25,267 nucleotides of DNA. Source: a virus (taxonomy: Duplodnaviria; Caudoviricetes). Below the pieces are notes generated by a model that searched no databases, had not been told where the DNA came from, and saw only the letters and a list, made by a program, of their open reading frames with translations. Within the stretch, counting starts at the first letter, position 1; each line of letters opens with the position of its first letter. A program made the position numbers and the translations under genes. Below, piece by piece: positions 1 to 8,424 of the stretch. The DNA is taken from positions 1 to 25,267 of IMG/VR virus record IMGVR_UViG_3300032218_001124, one strand, 5' to 3'.

Positions 1-417
1 AGTGTCTGCATCCCACTTCTCTTTTACTGGTTGTTGCCCTGCTGGCACTTGCCCAGTAGAGCCTGCTTGAGCAGGCTGATTCTGTTGTTGCTGTTGCTGC
101 TGTGGCTGTTGCGGCTGATTTGGTGGTGTTACTACAGTGATCTTCTTATCTTTAGCTAATTGATCAATCATGGGTCCAAATGTCTTTAGAACATTTGGAT
201 CATTAGTGGATAATATAGCAGGCTGTGTGCTTCCTGGTCCGCCACCTGGCTTTTCTGATGCAATAGGAACTTTATTAAGTACTGTTTCAAAGAAATCTTT
301 GAAAGTCTTTGGTTTAGCGTTTCTAACTTCAACAGATGTCGAATCTTCTGTTAGTTTCTTTTTAGCTTTAGGAGCTGTGCCTTGTAGCTTAGTTAATTTA
401 TCGAGAATGTCTTTCAT
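1..417 (-). CDS. Hypothetical protein, runs off the left edge (MKDILDKLTKLQ..., Q/P-rich segment); possible head/internal protein
   Basis: Manual translation: ATG at 417, open for 139 codons to base 1, starting 3 nt after the stop of 421..1047. Missing from the ORF track because no stop lies in the window. Confidence 0.8.
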   Translation of the reverse strand, partial: MKDILDKLTKLQGTAPKAKKKLTEDSTSVEVRNAKPKTFKDFFETVLNKVPIASEKPGGGPGSTQPAILSTNDPNVLKTFGPMIDQLAKDKKITVVTPPNQPQQPQQQQQQQNQPAQAGSTGQVPAGQQPVKEKWDADT

Positions 418-420
418 GTG

Positions 421-1047
421 TTACCCCCTACGAGAACCTGTCTCTGGTTTAGCAGGCAACTTTATCTTGCTCATGGGACTTGTTTGCCCTTTATTATCTA
501 CATAAGATTCTGGTTTAAATGGATCAAATGATGATGGTGTCTTCTTGCCTGCAAAAGGTATGTCTATCTTATCGCCAGTTGACTGGTCTTTTATACTTTC
601 AAGATAGCTACTACCATATGCTTTAGCCGCTTCTTTTGCACCAGGCTGTTCGCCTAGTTTTTCAGTGTCTAACAATGGACTGTCTTCTGCTTCGTTAGCA
701 TAACCTTCCATCTCAGAGTTGATACTGTCATCGAAATTAGTACCTATCACTCTTACCATATTAACATTATATCCAAGCAATTGAGCGATCTGTTGAATCA
801 TTGGCTCATTTGCAGGATAACGAAATTCTGCTTTGATTATATGTACAGGTTCATTCTTGATTCCTGGAAATCCATAAGGATCTTTCTGGATGGGTGTTGA
901 AACAGCATCCGAGATTTTTACAGGATCAAACTTCTTCAAGTTATACTTGAACATATCCAAAAACTTGTTGTCTACCTGTCCGGCTATTTTTATCGTATAG
1001 TTGTAAGTATGAACACTTTCTACAATAAATTGTTTCAATGAACGCAT
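421..1047 (-). CDS. Phage hypothetical protein, probably virion-associated
   Basis: 208-aa ORF with AAGGA SD and upstream TAAATA; N-terminus MRSLKQFIVES resembles T4 capsid-targeting leaders. Confidence 0.7.
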   Translation of the reverse strand: MRSLKQFIVESVHTYNYTIKIAGQVDNKFLDMFKYNLKKFDPVKISDAVSTPIQKDPYGFPGIKNEPVHIIKAEFRYPANEPMIQQIAQLLGYNVNMVRVIGTNFDDSINSEMEGYANEAEDSPLLDTEKLGEQPGAKEAAKAYGSSYLESIKDQSTGDKIDIPFAGKKTPSSFDPFKPESYVDNKGQTSPMSKIKLPAKPETGSRRG

Positions 1048-1072
1048 TGTGGATCCTTGCTATTATATAAGT

Positions 1073-1078
1073 TATTTA
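1073..1078 (-). promoter_or_regulatory. T4-late-type promoter box TAAATA
   Basis: GATAAATA 25 nt upstream of ATG 1047. Confidence 0.7.
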
Positions 1079-1087
1079 TCTAAAATC

Positions 1088-1561
1088 CTAATTTTTAGCA
1101 GCAAGTATTTTTAGCAGTTCGTTTCGGTCTAGTGATTGACCCTCACCTACCGGTAAACTATCGATTTCTTCTGTCTTCTGTGCAGTCTTAGCATCAAGAG
1201 CAGCTTTCTTTAATTGAAGATCAATCATCTTTAGTTTTTTATTGATCTTAGCTGTCTTGGCTGTTATAGCATGTCCTAGCATACTACTCGCACTATTAAA
1301 AATCTCACTGCTAAACCTAGCCTCGACTTGCATACCTAGATCCATCAAATCCTTGTAGCTTGATGTTGCCATCTCGGCTAATGCATCCATCTCATTGTCT
1401 GCTGCATCAAGACCTTTAACTGTAGGTAATGCACTCTCGATCTTTCCTAGACTAGTCAGTGCGTTCTCAGTTATTTCTTGAGTACGATCAGGCAACGGAA
1501 TCGTCAGATCATTTGGTTCTGTCTGTGATAATTCAAAAAGTTCTTCTAGTTTTTTTGTCAT
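1088..1561 (-). CDS. Helical phage protein; candidate terminase small subunit (gp16-like)
   Basis: 157 aa, helical-looking core (YKDLMDLGMQVEARFSSEIFNSASSML) and C-terminal RNELLK; size and layout recall T4 gp16. Function is inference. Confidence 0.45.
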   Translation of the reverse strand: MTKKLEELFELSQTEPNDLTIPLPDRTQEITENALTSLGKIESALPTVKGLDAADNEMDALAEMATSSYKDLMDLGMQVEARFSSEIFNSASSMLGHAITAKTAKINKKLKMIDLQLKKAALDAKTAQKTEEIDSLPVGEGQSLDRNELLKILAAKN

Positions 1562-1566
1562 GCAAT

Positions 1567-1580
1567 TATTTAGTTATTTA
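1567..1580 (-). promoter_or_regulatory. Tandem late boxes TAAATA (1575-1580, 1567-1572); proximal one 5 nt from ATG
   Basis: Minus strand TAAATAACTAAATA-ATTGC-ATG. Confidence 0.75.
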
Positions 1581-2008
1581 CGCCCATTATAAAAGATATC
1601 ATCTTCTGTTATCACACGGAAAGTCAATCCTTGCTGGCTACAATAAGCTCTAGCTGCTGCCCATTTTGCATGATTTACTGCTACTATCGCTCTATCTCTT
1701 GCACTTGCCTTGCGGCTCTCTATCAGACTTTGTTTCTTTGGTTTTATCTCTACTACTTCTGCTACTTTCTGTCCATTCTTATTTTGATAGATTATAAAAA
1801 AATCAGGTATGTATTGAGTAGGTTTACCTGTGAGTGGATTTCTATATGGAACTGCTATTGCTTCGCTAGCCCATTGTAATACACTATCATTATTGTCACA
1901 GAACTGCATGAACACTAGTTCCCACCCAGACCTATATCTAGGTTTATGTTTACCTACATATTTCTGAGGATTCCTAGGTTCAAATATTCCCTGAGCAAAC
2001 CTAGTCAT
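1574..2008 (-). CDS. gp4: Head completion nuclease, T4 gp4-like (TnsA-type fold)
   Basis: YRSGWE..FM.FCD....V.QWASE, YIPDF, VEIKP, N.AKW.AA, F.VITE motifs. Confidence 0.9.
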   Translation of the reverse strand: MTRFAQGIFEPRNPQKYVGKHKPRYRSGWELVFMQFCDNNDSVLQWASEAIAVPYRNPLTGKPTQYIPDFFIIYQNKNGQKVAEVVEIKPKKQSLIESRKASARDRAIVAVNHAKWAAARAYCSQQGLTFRVITEDDIFYNGRK

Positions 2009-2010
2009 CT

Positions 2011-2364
2011 CTATAACAAGACGTTTCTTTGTATTGCTTGATTAGGATTGGGTATTATACCTACTCCGTACAATGATTCTTTGCTCTTAAAAGTATTAAG
2101 ATAATATGTTATTATAGCTGTCTGCTGTAATTTAGTCTTGCCTTTGATCTGTTCTAATAAACTTACTGCATTATATCCTGACTGCTGCGCTATTCTAAAT
2201 AGAAAAGCAGTGAAATTACCTGCGATCTTAGTATTATTAGATATCCCTTTAAAGTAACTGTAAACGATATCGAATTCTGAAGCATTTACAACTAGCTTAT
2301 AGTTATAAAAACTGTCAAAAATAAGAATTGTTTTATCTGCTTTGTTTTGAGTTATCTGAGCCAT
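2011..2364 (-). CDS. Hypothetical late protein
   Basis: 117-aa ORF tiling with neighbours, own late box. Confidence 0.7.
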   Translation of the reverse strand: MAQITQNKADKTILIFDSFYNYKLVVNASEFDIVYSYFKGISNNTKIAGNFTAFLFRIAQQSGYNAVSLLEQIKGKTKLQQTAIITYYLNTFKSKESLYGVGIIPNPNQAIQRNVLL

Positions 2365-2369
2365 ATCAA

Positions 2370-2377
2370 TATTTATA
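2370..2377 (-). promoter_or_regulatory. Full T4 late consensus TATAAATA, 5 nt from ATG
   Basis: TATAAATA-TTGAT-ATG on minus strand. Confidence 0.8.
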
Positions 2378-2391
2378 CCGATAGCGTAATA

Positions 2392-3639
2392 CTAATCATT
2401 TATAGGAACGGGAAGAAATATAGGGTCAGTAGGACCAGCTCCCGAGACTTGCCGTCCTGTATAAATTGTTTCATCTGTATTTTGATCTATCAAATCTTGC
2501 AGAACACTAGCGCCCACGATCAATCCACCTGCTAATCCTGCAAACCCAGGACTAGACTGCGCTATAGGGACATTAAACATAGCGTTTCTCGCTGTCGGAG
2601 TGTTACCTAAGGTTGTTCTAAGCATTCCGTTTAACATTTCTCCAGTAATATCTGGATTTCTTTGTACTTGTTTAAATGAGTTATATGCTGATAATCCGCC
2701 TGCTACAGCTCCTATTAGATTACCGTTTTGTAATGCTTCTATAGCTCCACCAGCTGCATCTAATAATCCACCTTGACCTAGTATAGTACCTCTACCTTGA
2801 CCTGCTATTGGACTTGGTAAAGTATCATAGTGAGATGGATTTCCAAATCCCTTAACTATATTACCTGGTGACCTGCCGTCTAATGCTCCGTAGTCATAGA
2901 CAACAGTCTCATAATCTATTGTCATTCTATTACTCATCACACCTTGACCTTCGCTATAACTATATTGATCATGTCCAAAACTAGTTATGACTGGATTGAT
3001 AAGTGAGTATGCTGTAAAATTATGCTGATTAAGACCAAAGATAGTTATCTTTTTGAAGAAGGGCTGTTTTTTTCCAGGACCTGTACTATAACCGCCTTCA
3101 CCACCAGAATAACCATAACCCATATCATTAGATAATGATTGGTTATATAGATTTCTCATATTATAATTATTGATACTAGAGACTTGCCCCGGACCACCAA
3201 CTTGAGACCCTATAGAATTAGCGTCACCATAGTTATATTTGTAATATGCTTCCCATATTTTAGTTGACATATTACCACCATCATCATGGAATGTTATTTC
3301 GATGGGATCATATTTTATCTTAGTTTGTATGATTCTTTTTCTATTATATTGATTCATCTGTGAAGTGTTAAAACTATAATTAGGTAGTTTTATTTCTTTA
3401 ACAATCAATCCTAGATTATTTTCTACGCCTATCTCAAAATTGAAATCAAAATATACATGAAAGAGAAATTTTAATTTAGGAGCATTCTCGTAGCTATTTG
3501 TACGAAATACTTTTGCTGCGTGATTGTAATCACGAAGGATGGTGCCGGAGAAGAGTGAACTTACTCCGGCTACCGTTCCCAAAACATCATTTAATGTGTT
3601 CTGATTAAAACCTTGCCCTGGCTGCGGAAAAAGAGCCAT
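2392..3639 (-). CDS. Tail-tube-fold protein (gp19/gp54-like baseplate-tube junction) with Gly-rich C-terminus
   Basis: LP.....NQYNRKR...IKYDPIEITFHDD and ...MTIDYE tube-fold pattern; directly downstream of tail tube. Confidence 0.55.
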   Translation of the reverse strand: MALFPQPGQGFNQNTLNDVLGTVAGVSSLFSGTILRDYNHAAKVFRTNSYENAPKLKFLFHVYFDFNFEIGVENNLGLIVKEIKLPNYSFNTSQMNQYNRKRIIQTKIKYDPIEITFHDDGGNMSTKIWEAYYKYNYGDANSIGSQVGGPGQVSSINNYNMRNLYNQSLSNDMGYGYSGGEGGYSTGPGKKQPFFKKITIFGLNQHNFTAYSLINPVITSFGHDQYSYSEGQGVMSNRMTIDYETVVYDYGALDGRSPGNIVKGFGNPSHYDTLPSPIAGQGRGTILGQGGLLDAAGGAIEALQNGNLIGAVAGGLSAYNSFKQVQRNPDITGEMLNGMLRTTLGNTPTARNAMFNVPIAQSSPGFAGLAGGLIVGASVLQDLIDQNTDETIYTGRQVSGAGPTDPIFLPVPIND

Positions 3640-3655
3640 GTATCAGACCTTAATC

Positions 3656-4294
3656 TTAACGACCTATACCAGATACTGAACCTGTAAATCCATCAGCTTG
3701 TCTTGGGGTAGGTGAACCAACACCAGTACCAAGAGGAGCTTGAATTGCATTGTCAAAGCGAATTGTCAATGAGATTGTTACTACATCGTTAGTACCGTAG
3801 TTTAATGTGTTATAGTTTGCAGTCTGCACGAAACAACCATATAGTTCCCATGTCTCAAGAACTAATGGAGTTGCAGTGCCATTGCCACCGTCTAAGATTT
3901 CTAAGTTTGTCTGGAACTTATAGTCTTGACCTGTAGCTGCACTTGCCATCTCTACGAAGTCAAGTTGTTTCTGAATCTGCTGACCTACTGCCTTTGCTAC
4001 GCTTCCGCTAGCATCGTCACGTATGTTGCAAGTCATAGACTGCCACTGATGTTTACCAGCAAGATATAATGTTGAATTATATACAGGAAGAGTAATTTCC
4101 TGAAACTGCACGTTTGGACGTGAGCAGTCTACTACCTGCTTAGTAAGTGAAAGTCCAGCTGTTGGCCCCAAACCAAAGTTCAAGAAATTTATACGATATC
4201 TGAACTGTAGTTTTGGCATCAACAAGCCCTGATTGCCGCCACCGTTATCAGTTGGGACCGTCATGTTGAACAATGATTGTGAGGCTGTTGCCAT
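3656..4294 (-). CDS. gp19: Tail tube protein, gp19-like
   Basis: RP.V.F.EI, YLAGK..W, WELYGCF, L.Y...DVVTISLTIRFD; follows sheath; AGGAG SD. Confidence 0.85.
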   Translation of the reverse strand: MATASQSLFNMTVPTDNGGGNQGLLMPKLQFRYRINFLNFGLGPTAGLSLTKQVVDCSRPNVQFQEITLPVYNSTLYLAGKHQWQSMTCNIRDDASGSVAKAVGQQIQKQLDFVEMASAATGQDYKFQTNLEILDGGNGTATPLVLETWELYGCFVQTANYNTLNYGTNDVVTISLTIRFDNAIQAPLGTGVGSPTPRQADGFTGSVSGIGR

Positions 4295-4315
4295 TTTATA
4301 TTCTCCTAATAACTT

Positions 4316-4321
4316 TATTTA
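4316..4321 (-). promoter_or_regulatory. Late box TAAATA for tail tube
   Basis: GATAAATA-AAGTT-ATTAGGAGAATATAAA-ATG. Confidence 0.75.
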
Positions 4322-4329
4322 TCATTAAT

Positions 4330-4356
4330 TTGCGTCCCGCGTTATGCGGGACGCAA
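4330..4356. terminator. 11-bp GC-rich hairpin after sheath stop (terminator or 3' stabiliser)
   Basis: TTGCGTCCCGC-N5-GCGGGACGCAA; no U-tract on the coding strand. Confidence 0.55.
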
Positions 4357-4363
4357 TGTTTTA

Positions 4364-7300
4364 TTACTTGTTACCGATTGCGCCTGTATTCAATACACGA
4401 ATTGGAATGTAGATGAATTCAGCAGCTTTCACTGGTTCGATTGCAACGTCTACCCAGAGTTCGTTTCTATCGATACGAGCAGGGGTATTGTTTGATTCAT
4501 CGCAGACTACCAAGAAGTCATAAATGCCTCTCTTTGCTACGAGATCAACGAACAATGTCTGTACTACACCTGCGATTGCATCACGGGTGATCTTATCGTT
4601 TGGTTCGAAAACGAATGGTCTTGCTGCGATAGTAAGTTGCTTGCGGATGTATGCGATAAGTCTTGCAACGTTGATACGATCAAGTGCTGACTGACTTGCA
4701 TAGCTACCTTTATTACCATAATTGAGCAAACCGTTTCCTGTAAAATACACCATTGGGTTGATGTAGTTGATGTACAGAGTATCACGTAGACCTATGTTAG
4801 TCTTGATAGTCTGGAATTCACCAGTCATCGCATCGATATAACCAATATTTGTAGCATTGTCGATGATACCGCGACGTGTACCTGCTGGAGCAAACCAAGG
4901 ATAAGCTACAGTGTCGTTACGTAGTATAGTACGGATCATCATATGACTTGAAGGAACCGCTACTAGATTGCCACTTAGATCACTTGCGATACCTGATGGA
5001 TAGAAAAGACCCATATAAGTATCACGTGTCACAAGTCCATCTTCACCTGAAGAAGTAGCACCTGCAGCATTAGTTGCCCATGCTTGAATTGCTGTACCAC
5101 TTGCCGCTAAGCGGAATGGTGTATCACCAACGATAAATGCTGTATCACCTCTATCATTATTGAGCGTAACCATGTTAGGCTGCAATTCAGTGTAACCAGG
5201 ACATGCGATCAAGTTGAAATCGTTGTCTTCATCACGTATACCGCTGCTAGTATCCATTGCAACACGCAATGCTTTTACTACCATAGCACGTTGAGCCTTA
5301 CGACCCATATATGCTGCACCATTTGCCTGCAAGCCAGATTCTGTTACCCATGTGTCAGCGTTTGATGGAATGCTTTGACCTGGGAAGCTCAAACTATTGA
5401 AATAATTTCTACGATACGCTTTTACATTATATCCTGAACGACGACTGTTAAACAATAACATGCCAACTGGATATAGTGTATAGCTAGGAGCATCAAGATC
5501 AAGGTTGTTGCTTGAAAGTAGGCTCTTGATGGATGAGATAGGATCATCGTAAGCATTGATAGCATTCTGATTTGTTGACCAGCGAGCATCAGCAAATAGT
5601 ACACCTGTGCTGCTTGTCTGATCTGAGTTATCTAATGTGACCCACATATCAACACCGTCCACCTGTTGCCAACGATTGATCATTGGATAGTTCTCAAGAT
5701 CACTAGTGTCGATCCAGATGTCACCGTAATGTAGTGCAGTCACACCATCGCTCTGTGTAGTTGGCTCGCTTGCGCTGATGATTGGTCCGTTGACATCAGT
5801 GCGATTTGTTCCTGTTTGAGGAAAACCATTTCTATCATAGCTTGAATTCCTGTAGCCTTTCCATCCTGTAGATGTTCTGATCATGATATCTACTTGGTCT
5901 ACTACAGAATAGAACCAATTTGTCATGTCAGCTGGTCTTGCTGTTGGAGCACCAAGTCCTGCAGTCATGTCAAATTCTACCCAGTTTGAAAGTTGTACAG
6001 AATAAGCATTAGCAGGTACACCGCTTTCAAATTCTACGTAAGTCACCGCAGTAGTTACGCCATCGATACCTGCAACTTTCACGACTAAATCGTTAGCTGG
6101 TGTTGTTCCACCTAATCTTGCACCTGATATAGTTATAGTTTCACCTACTGCATAGTTACTGCCTGCATTAGAGAATGAGTTCTGTGTTACACTGTATGTT
6201 CCGTTTTGAACAAAAACATATGGAACGAATCCAGTACCACTACCTGATGTAGATGTTTGAGCAGGAGTATAAGAGAAGTATAATTCAAAACCTTCTTTTA
6301 CTCCACCTGTAGTACCTATGATAAATCCAGCATCTGTCATGAGTCCATTACTGTATCCAGTAGCACTACTAAAATCATTGACTAATATAGTACCACCGGC
6401 TGTGTGTGTTAGCTGTAGTTCGCCTGTATCAAGTACAGTGCATTTAGTGAATGGTATTGCTGCTGCACCCCATGCTTGTGCAAAGTCATCTGCTGTAGCA
6501 TTATCTGATACAGTTAGATAATAGTTTGAACTCAAAAAACTAGATCCAGGTATCGATACCTGTACAGTAGCCGTGTATGGTCCATTTGTTAATGATGGAG
6601 CTGAAGAAGCAGTTATGATAGTAGCTCCAGTAGTCAGTCTTTTCCAATAATATATCGGAGAAATACTGCTGCGTCCTTCGTTATCATAGTAATATTGTGC
6701 ATAAACAGTATCTGCTGGTATAGCACTGCCACCTGTTGCATCTAGATCGGATATAGCAGTCCAATCAGCGCTGGAATAAGAAACATTTAAACTATTCCAG
6801 TTCGCTGTTACTGAATTATATTGATTAACGTAGCTAGTAAGTCCGTTACCTGCTTCACCGATTTTGATCCATACACTTCCGCTTGGACGTGGAGAGGTTT
6901 GTCCAGATTGCCATAGTGGTTGTTCCGCAGAAGTACCATACTGAAGCAATGGTTGACGATAAATTCCTGCTGTCAATCCAAGCTGAGCTAATGCGTCAGG
7001 GGATCCTGTACCCAGAGTTATATAAGCTGATGAATCATGATTAGATGTTATAGGTGCATATATTGTCAATTTTCCATTTACTACTGATGCATTGACATAT
7101 GTTCCAGGGAGACTATTGATATCCTGAGCAACGATACTTACTACATTATTCGGAGCTCCTTGAACTGTGACAGTCTGTACCTTGCCATTACCTACTTGTA
7201 TTGTAAATGTATTTCCTGTTGTTAGTGTTGGGTTTGCTGTGGTTGCCTGCACTGCAGGTACAGAGTTTAACCATCCTGCTGAACCAAGACGCTGCCATAC

Positions 7301-7939
7301 ACCATTCTGATCTTTCTTGAAAAACATTCCTGAATTACTTGACAAAGGATAAGCATAGGTTGGAATAGCAATAACCGCATAATCACCTACATTTCCTAAA
7401 CTGTTTAATGGGAAACGTCCTCCTGTAATCTGCACCGGATTTGTAATCACGATAGGAGTCTGTAAGTTGAAAATTCCCTTTACTTGATCGAATTCATAGA
7501 TACCCCATGTAGAGATACTAGTGTCTAACCACCATGAACCATCAGCTGGAGCACCTGTTGGGCGTCCTGTCTTTCCTACTAGACTTGCTAGATCGATATC
7601 TGCTCTTACGGCATATACTCTATTAGTAACACCTAGTGCAGAGTAAGCTGCAAGCAATCCATATTCGTTGAGTTCATATCCTTGGATAGGAGTACCATTT
7701 GTAGTTGTATAGAAGAATGGATTACCAAAAGTTGTAACAAGATCACGTTGACTTGTAATCTGATACATTTTCCCTGCATTTGCAGCAGTAGTACCAGTTG
7801 CTACTCCTGTAGAAGTAGGATCAGCTTTGTTTTGCGCTGTTGCAAAAACAATAAGCGGAGTTGAAGCTGTTGGTGCTGGCAAGTATTGACTCTGATCAAC
7901 TACTGTGACTGATACACCCGGTGAAGTTAATTGCGGCAT
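4364..7939 (-). CDS. gp18: Contractile tail sheath protein, gp18-like, with large insertion
   Basis: N-terminal SPGVSVTVVD, FGNP; C-terminal PWFAPAG..RG, INP, RINV.RL, FEPND, V.CDESNNTP..IDRNEL, EFIYI. Confidence 0.95.
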   Translation of the reverse strand: MPQLTSPGVSVTVVDQSQYLPAPTASTPLIVFATAQNKADPTSTGVATGTTAANAGKMYQITSQRDLVTTFGNPFFYTTTNGTPIQGYELNEYGLLAAYSALGVTNRVYAVRADIDLASLVGKTGRPTGAPADGSWWLDTSISTWGIYEFDQVKGIFNLQTPIVITNPVQITGGRFPLNSLGNVGDYAVIAIPTYAYPLSSNSGMFFKKDQNGVWQRLGSAGWLNSVPAVQATTANPTLTTGNTFTIQVGNGKVQTVTVQGAPNNVVSIVAQDINSLPGTYVNASVVNGKLTIYAPITSNHDSSAYITLGTGSPDALAQLGLTAGIYRQPLLQYGTSAEQPLWQSGQTSPRPSGSVWIKIGEAGNGLTSYVNQYNSVTANWNSLNVSYSSADWTAISDLDATGGSAIPADTVYAQYYYDNEGRSSISPIYYWKRLTTGATIITASSAPSLTNGPYTATVQVSIPGSSFLSSNYYLTVSDNATADDFAQAWGAAAIPFTKCTVLDTGELQLTHTAGGTILVNDFSSATGYSNGLMTDAGFIIGTTGGVKEGFELYFSYTPAQTSTSGSGTGFVPYVFVQNGTYSVTQNSFSNAGSNYAVGETITISGARLGGTTPANDLVVKVAGIDGVTTAVTYVEFESGVPANAYSVQLSNWVEFDMTAGLGAPTARPADMTNWFYSVVDQVDIMIRTSTGWKGYRNSSYDRNGFPQTGTNRTDVNGPIISASEPTTQSDGVTALHYGDIWIDTSDLENYPMINRWQQVDGVDMWVTLDNSDQTSSTGVLFADARWSTNQNAINAYDDPISSIKSLLSSNNLDLDAPSYTLYPVGMLLFNSRRSGYNVKAYRRNYFNSLSFPGQSIPSNADTWVTESGLQANGAAYMGRKAQRAMVVKALRVAMDTSSGIRDEDNDFNLIACPGYTELQPNMVTLNNDRGDTAFIVGDTPFRLAASGTAIQAWATNAAGATSSGEDGLVTRDTYMGLFYPSGIASDLSGNLVAVPSSHMMIRTILRNDTVAYPWFAPAGTRRGIIDNATNIGYIDAMTGEFQTIKTNIGLRDTLYINYINPMVYFTGNGLLNYGNKGSYASQSALDRINVARLIAYIRKQLTIAARPFVFEPNDKITRDAIAGVVQTLFVDLVAKRGIYDFLVVCDESNNTPARIDRNELWVDVAIEPVKAAEFIYIPIRVLNTGAIGNK

Positions 7940-8010
7940 AATTTTTTCCTTTTTGTATGATTTTGAGGTTTACCACCTGTCTTAACACTATGCTAAGAGT
8001 TTCTAATGAT

Positions 8011-8016
8011 TATTTA
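8011..8016 (-). promoter_or_regulatory. Late box TAAATA for sheath (about 66-nt leader)
   Basis: GCTAAATA upstream of a hairpin-containing leader and AAGGA SD. Confidence 0.7.
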
Positions 8017-8065
8017 GCATAAACAACAAAAAAGTGTCTATAACCGAACCTTCAAAGGTTTTTTC

Positions 8066-8071
8066 TAAATA
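8066..8071 (+). promoter_or_regulatory. Late box TAAATA, 5 nt from ATG 8077
   Basis: TAAATA-GTATC-ATG; divergent from the sheath promoter. Confidence 0.75.
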
Positions 8072-8076
8072 GTATC

Positions 8077-8424
8077 ATGAAAAGACCAATATGTAATCAA
8101 TGCAATAAAAATCACTGTGCAGTTAACTATGTTAAACAGGGAGTTAGGCACTATAGGAGTATATGCGATGATTGTGGTAAGAAAAAATCCAAAAAGAAAC
8201 CCAGGTTCTTTGCCTGGGAAAAAGCAGGGTATAAGAAAAAACCCGCATGTGATCTATGCGGGTTTAAAGCAGTGTATCCTTCTCAATTATCTGTCTTTCA
8301 TATAGACGGTAACTTGAATAACACTGAGTTTATCAATCTAAGAACCATATGCCTCAACTGCATAGAGGTAGTGAAAAAGAAAGATGTTACTTGGAAACGA
8401 GGAGATTTAGTGGTTGATTATTAA
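8077..8424 (+). CDS. Zinc-binding HNH-like protein (possibly degenerate nuclease)
   Basis: Four CxxC pairs; HIDGNLNN...NLRTICLNC HNH-type motif. Confidence 0.75.
   Translation: MKRPICNQCNKNHCAVNYVKQGVRHYRSICDDCGKKKSKKKPRFFAWEKAGYKKKPACDLCGFKAVYPSQLSVFHIDGNLNNTEFINLRTICLNCIEVVKKKDVTWKRGDLVVDY
8191..8218 (-). terminator. Intrinsic terminator antisense within the HNH-like gene
   Basis: CCCAGG-CAAAGAA-CCTGGG-TTTCTTTTT. Confidence 0.6.
8233..8265 (-). terminator. Intrinsic terminator antisense within the HNH-like gene
   Basis: (AAA)CCCGCAT-AGATCAC-ATGCGGG-TTTTTTCTT, about 140 nt past the dNMP kinase stop. Confidence 0.7.

Noticed and set aside
1574-2008. TnsA-like nuclease as evidence of a Tn7-type transposon
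   Set aside because: Motifs and context fit T4 gp4; no TnsB/TnsC or terminal repeats seen
8047-8064. AACCT-TCAA-AGGTT-TTTT as a plus-strand terminator
   Set aside because: Weak stem and no plus-strand gene upstream to terminate
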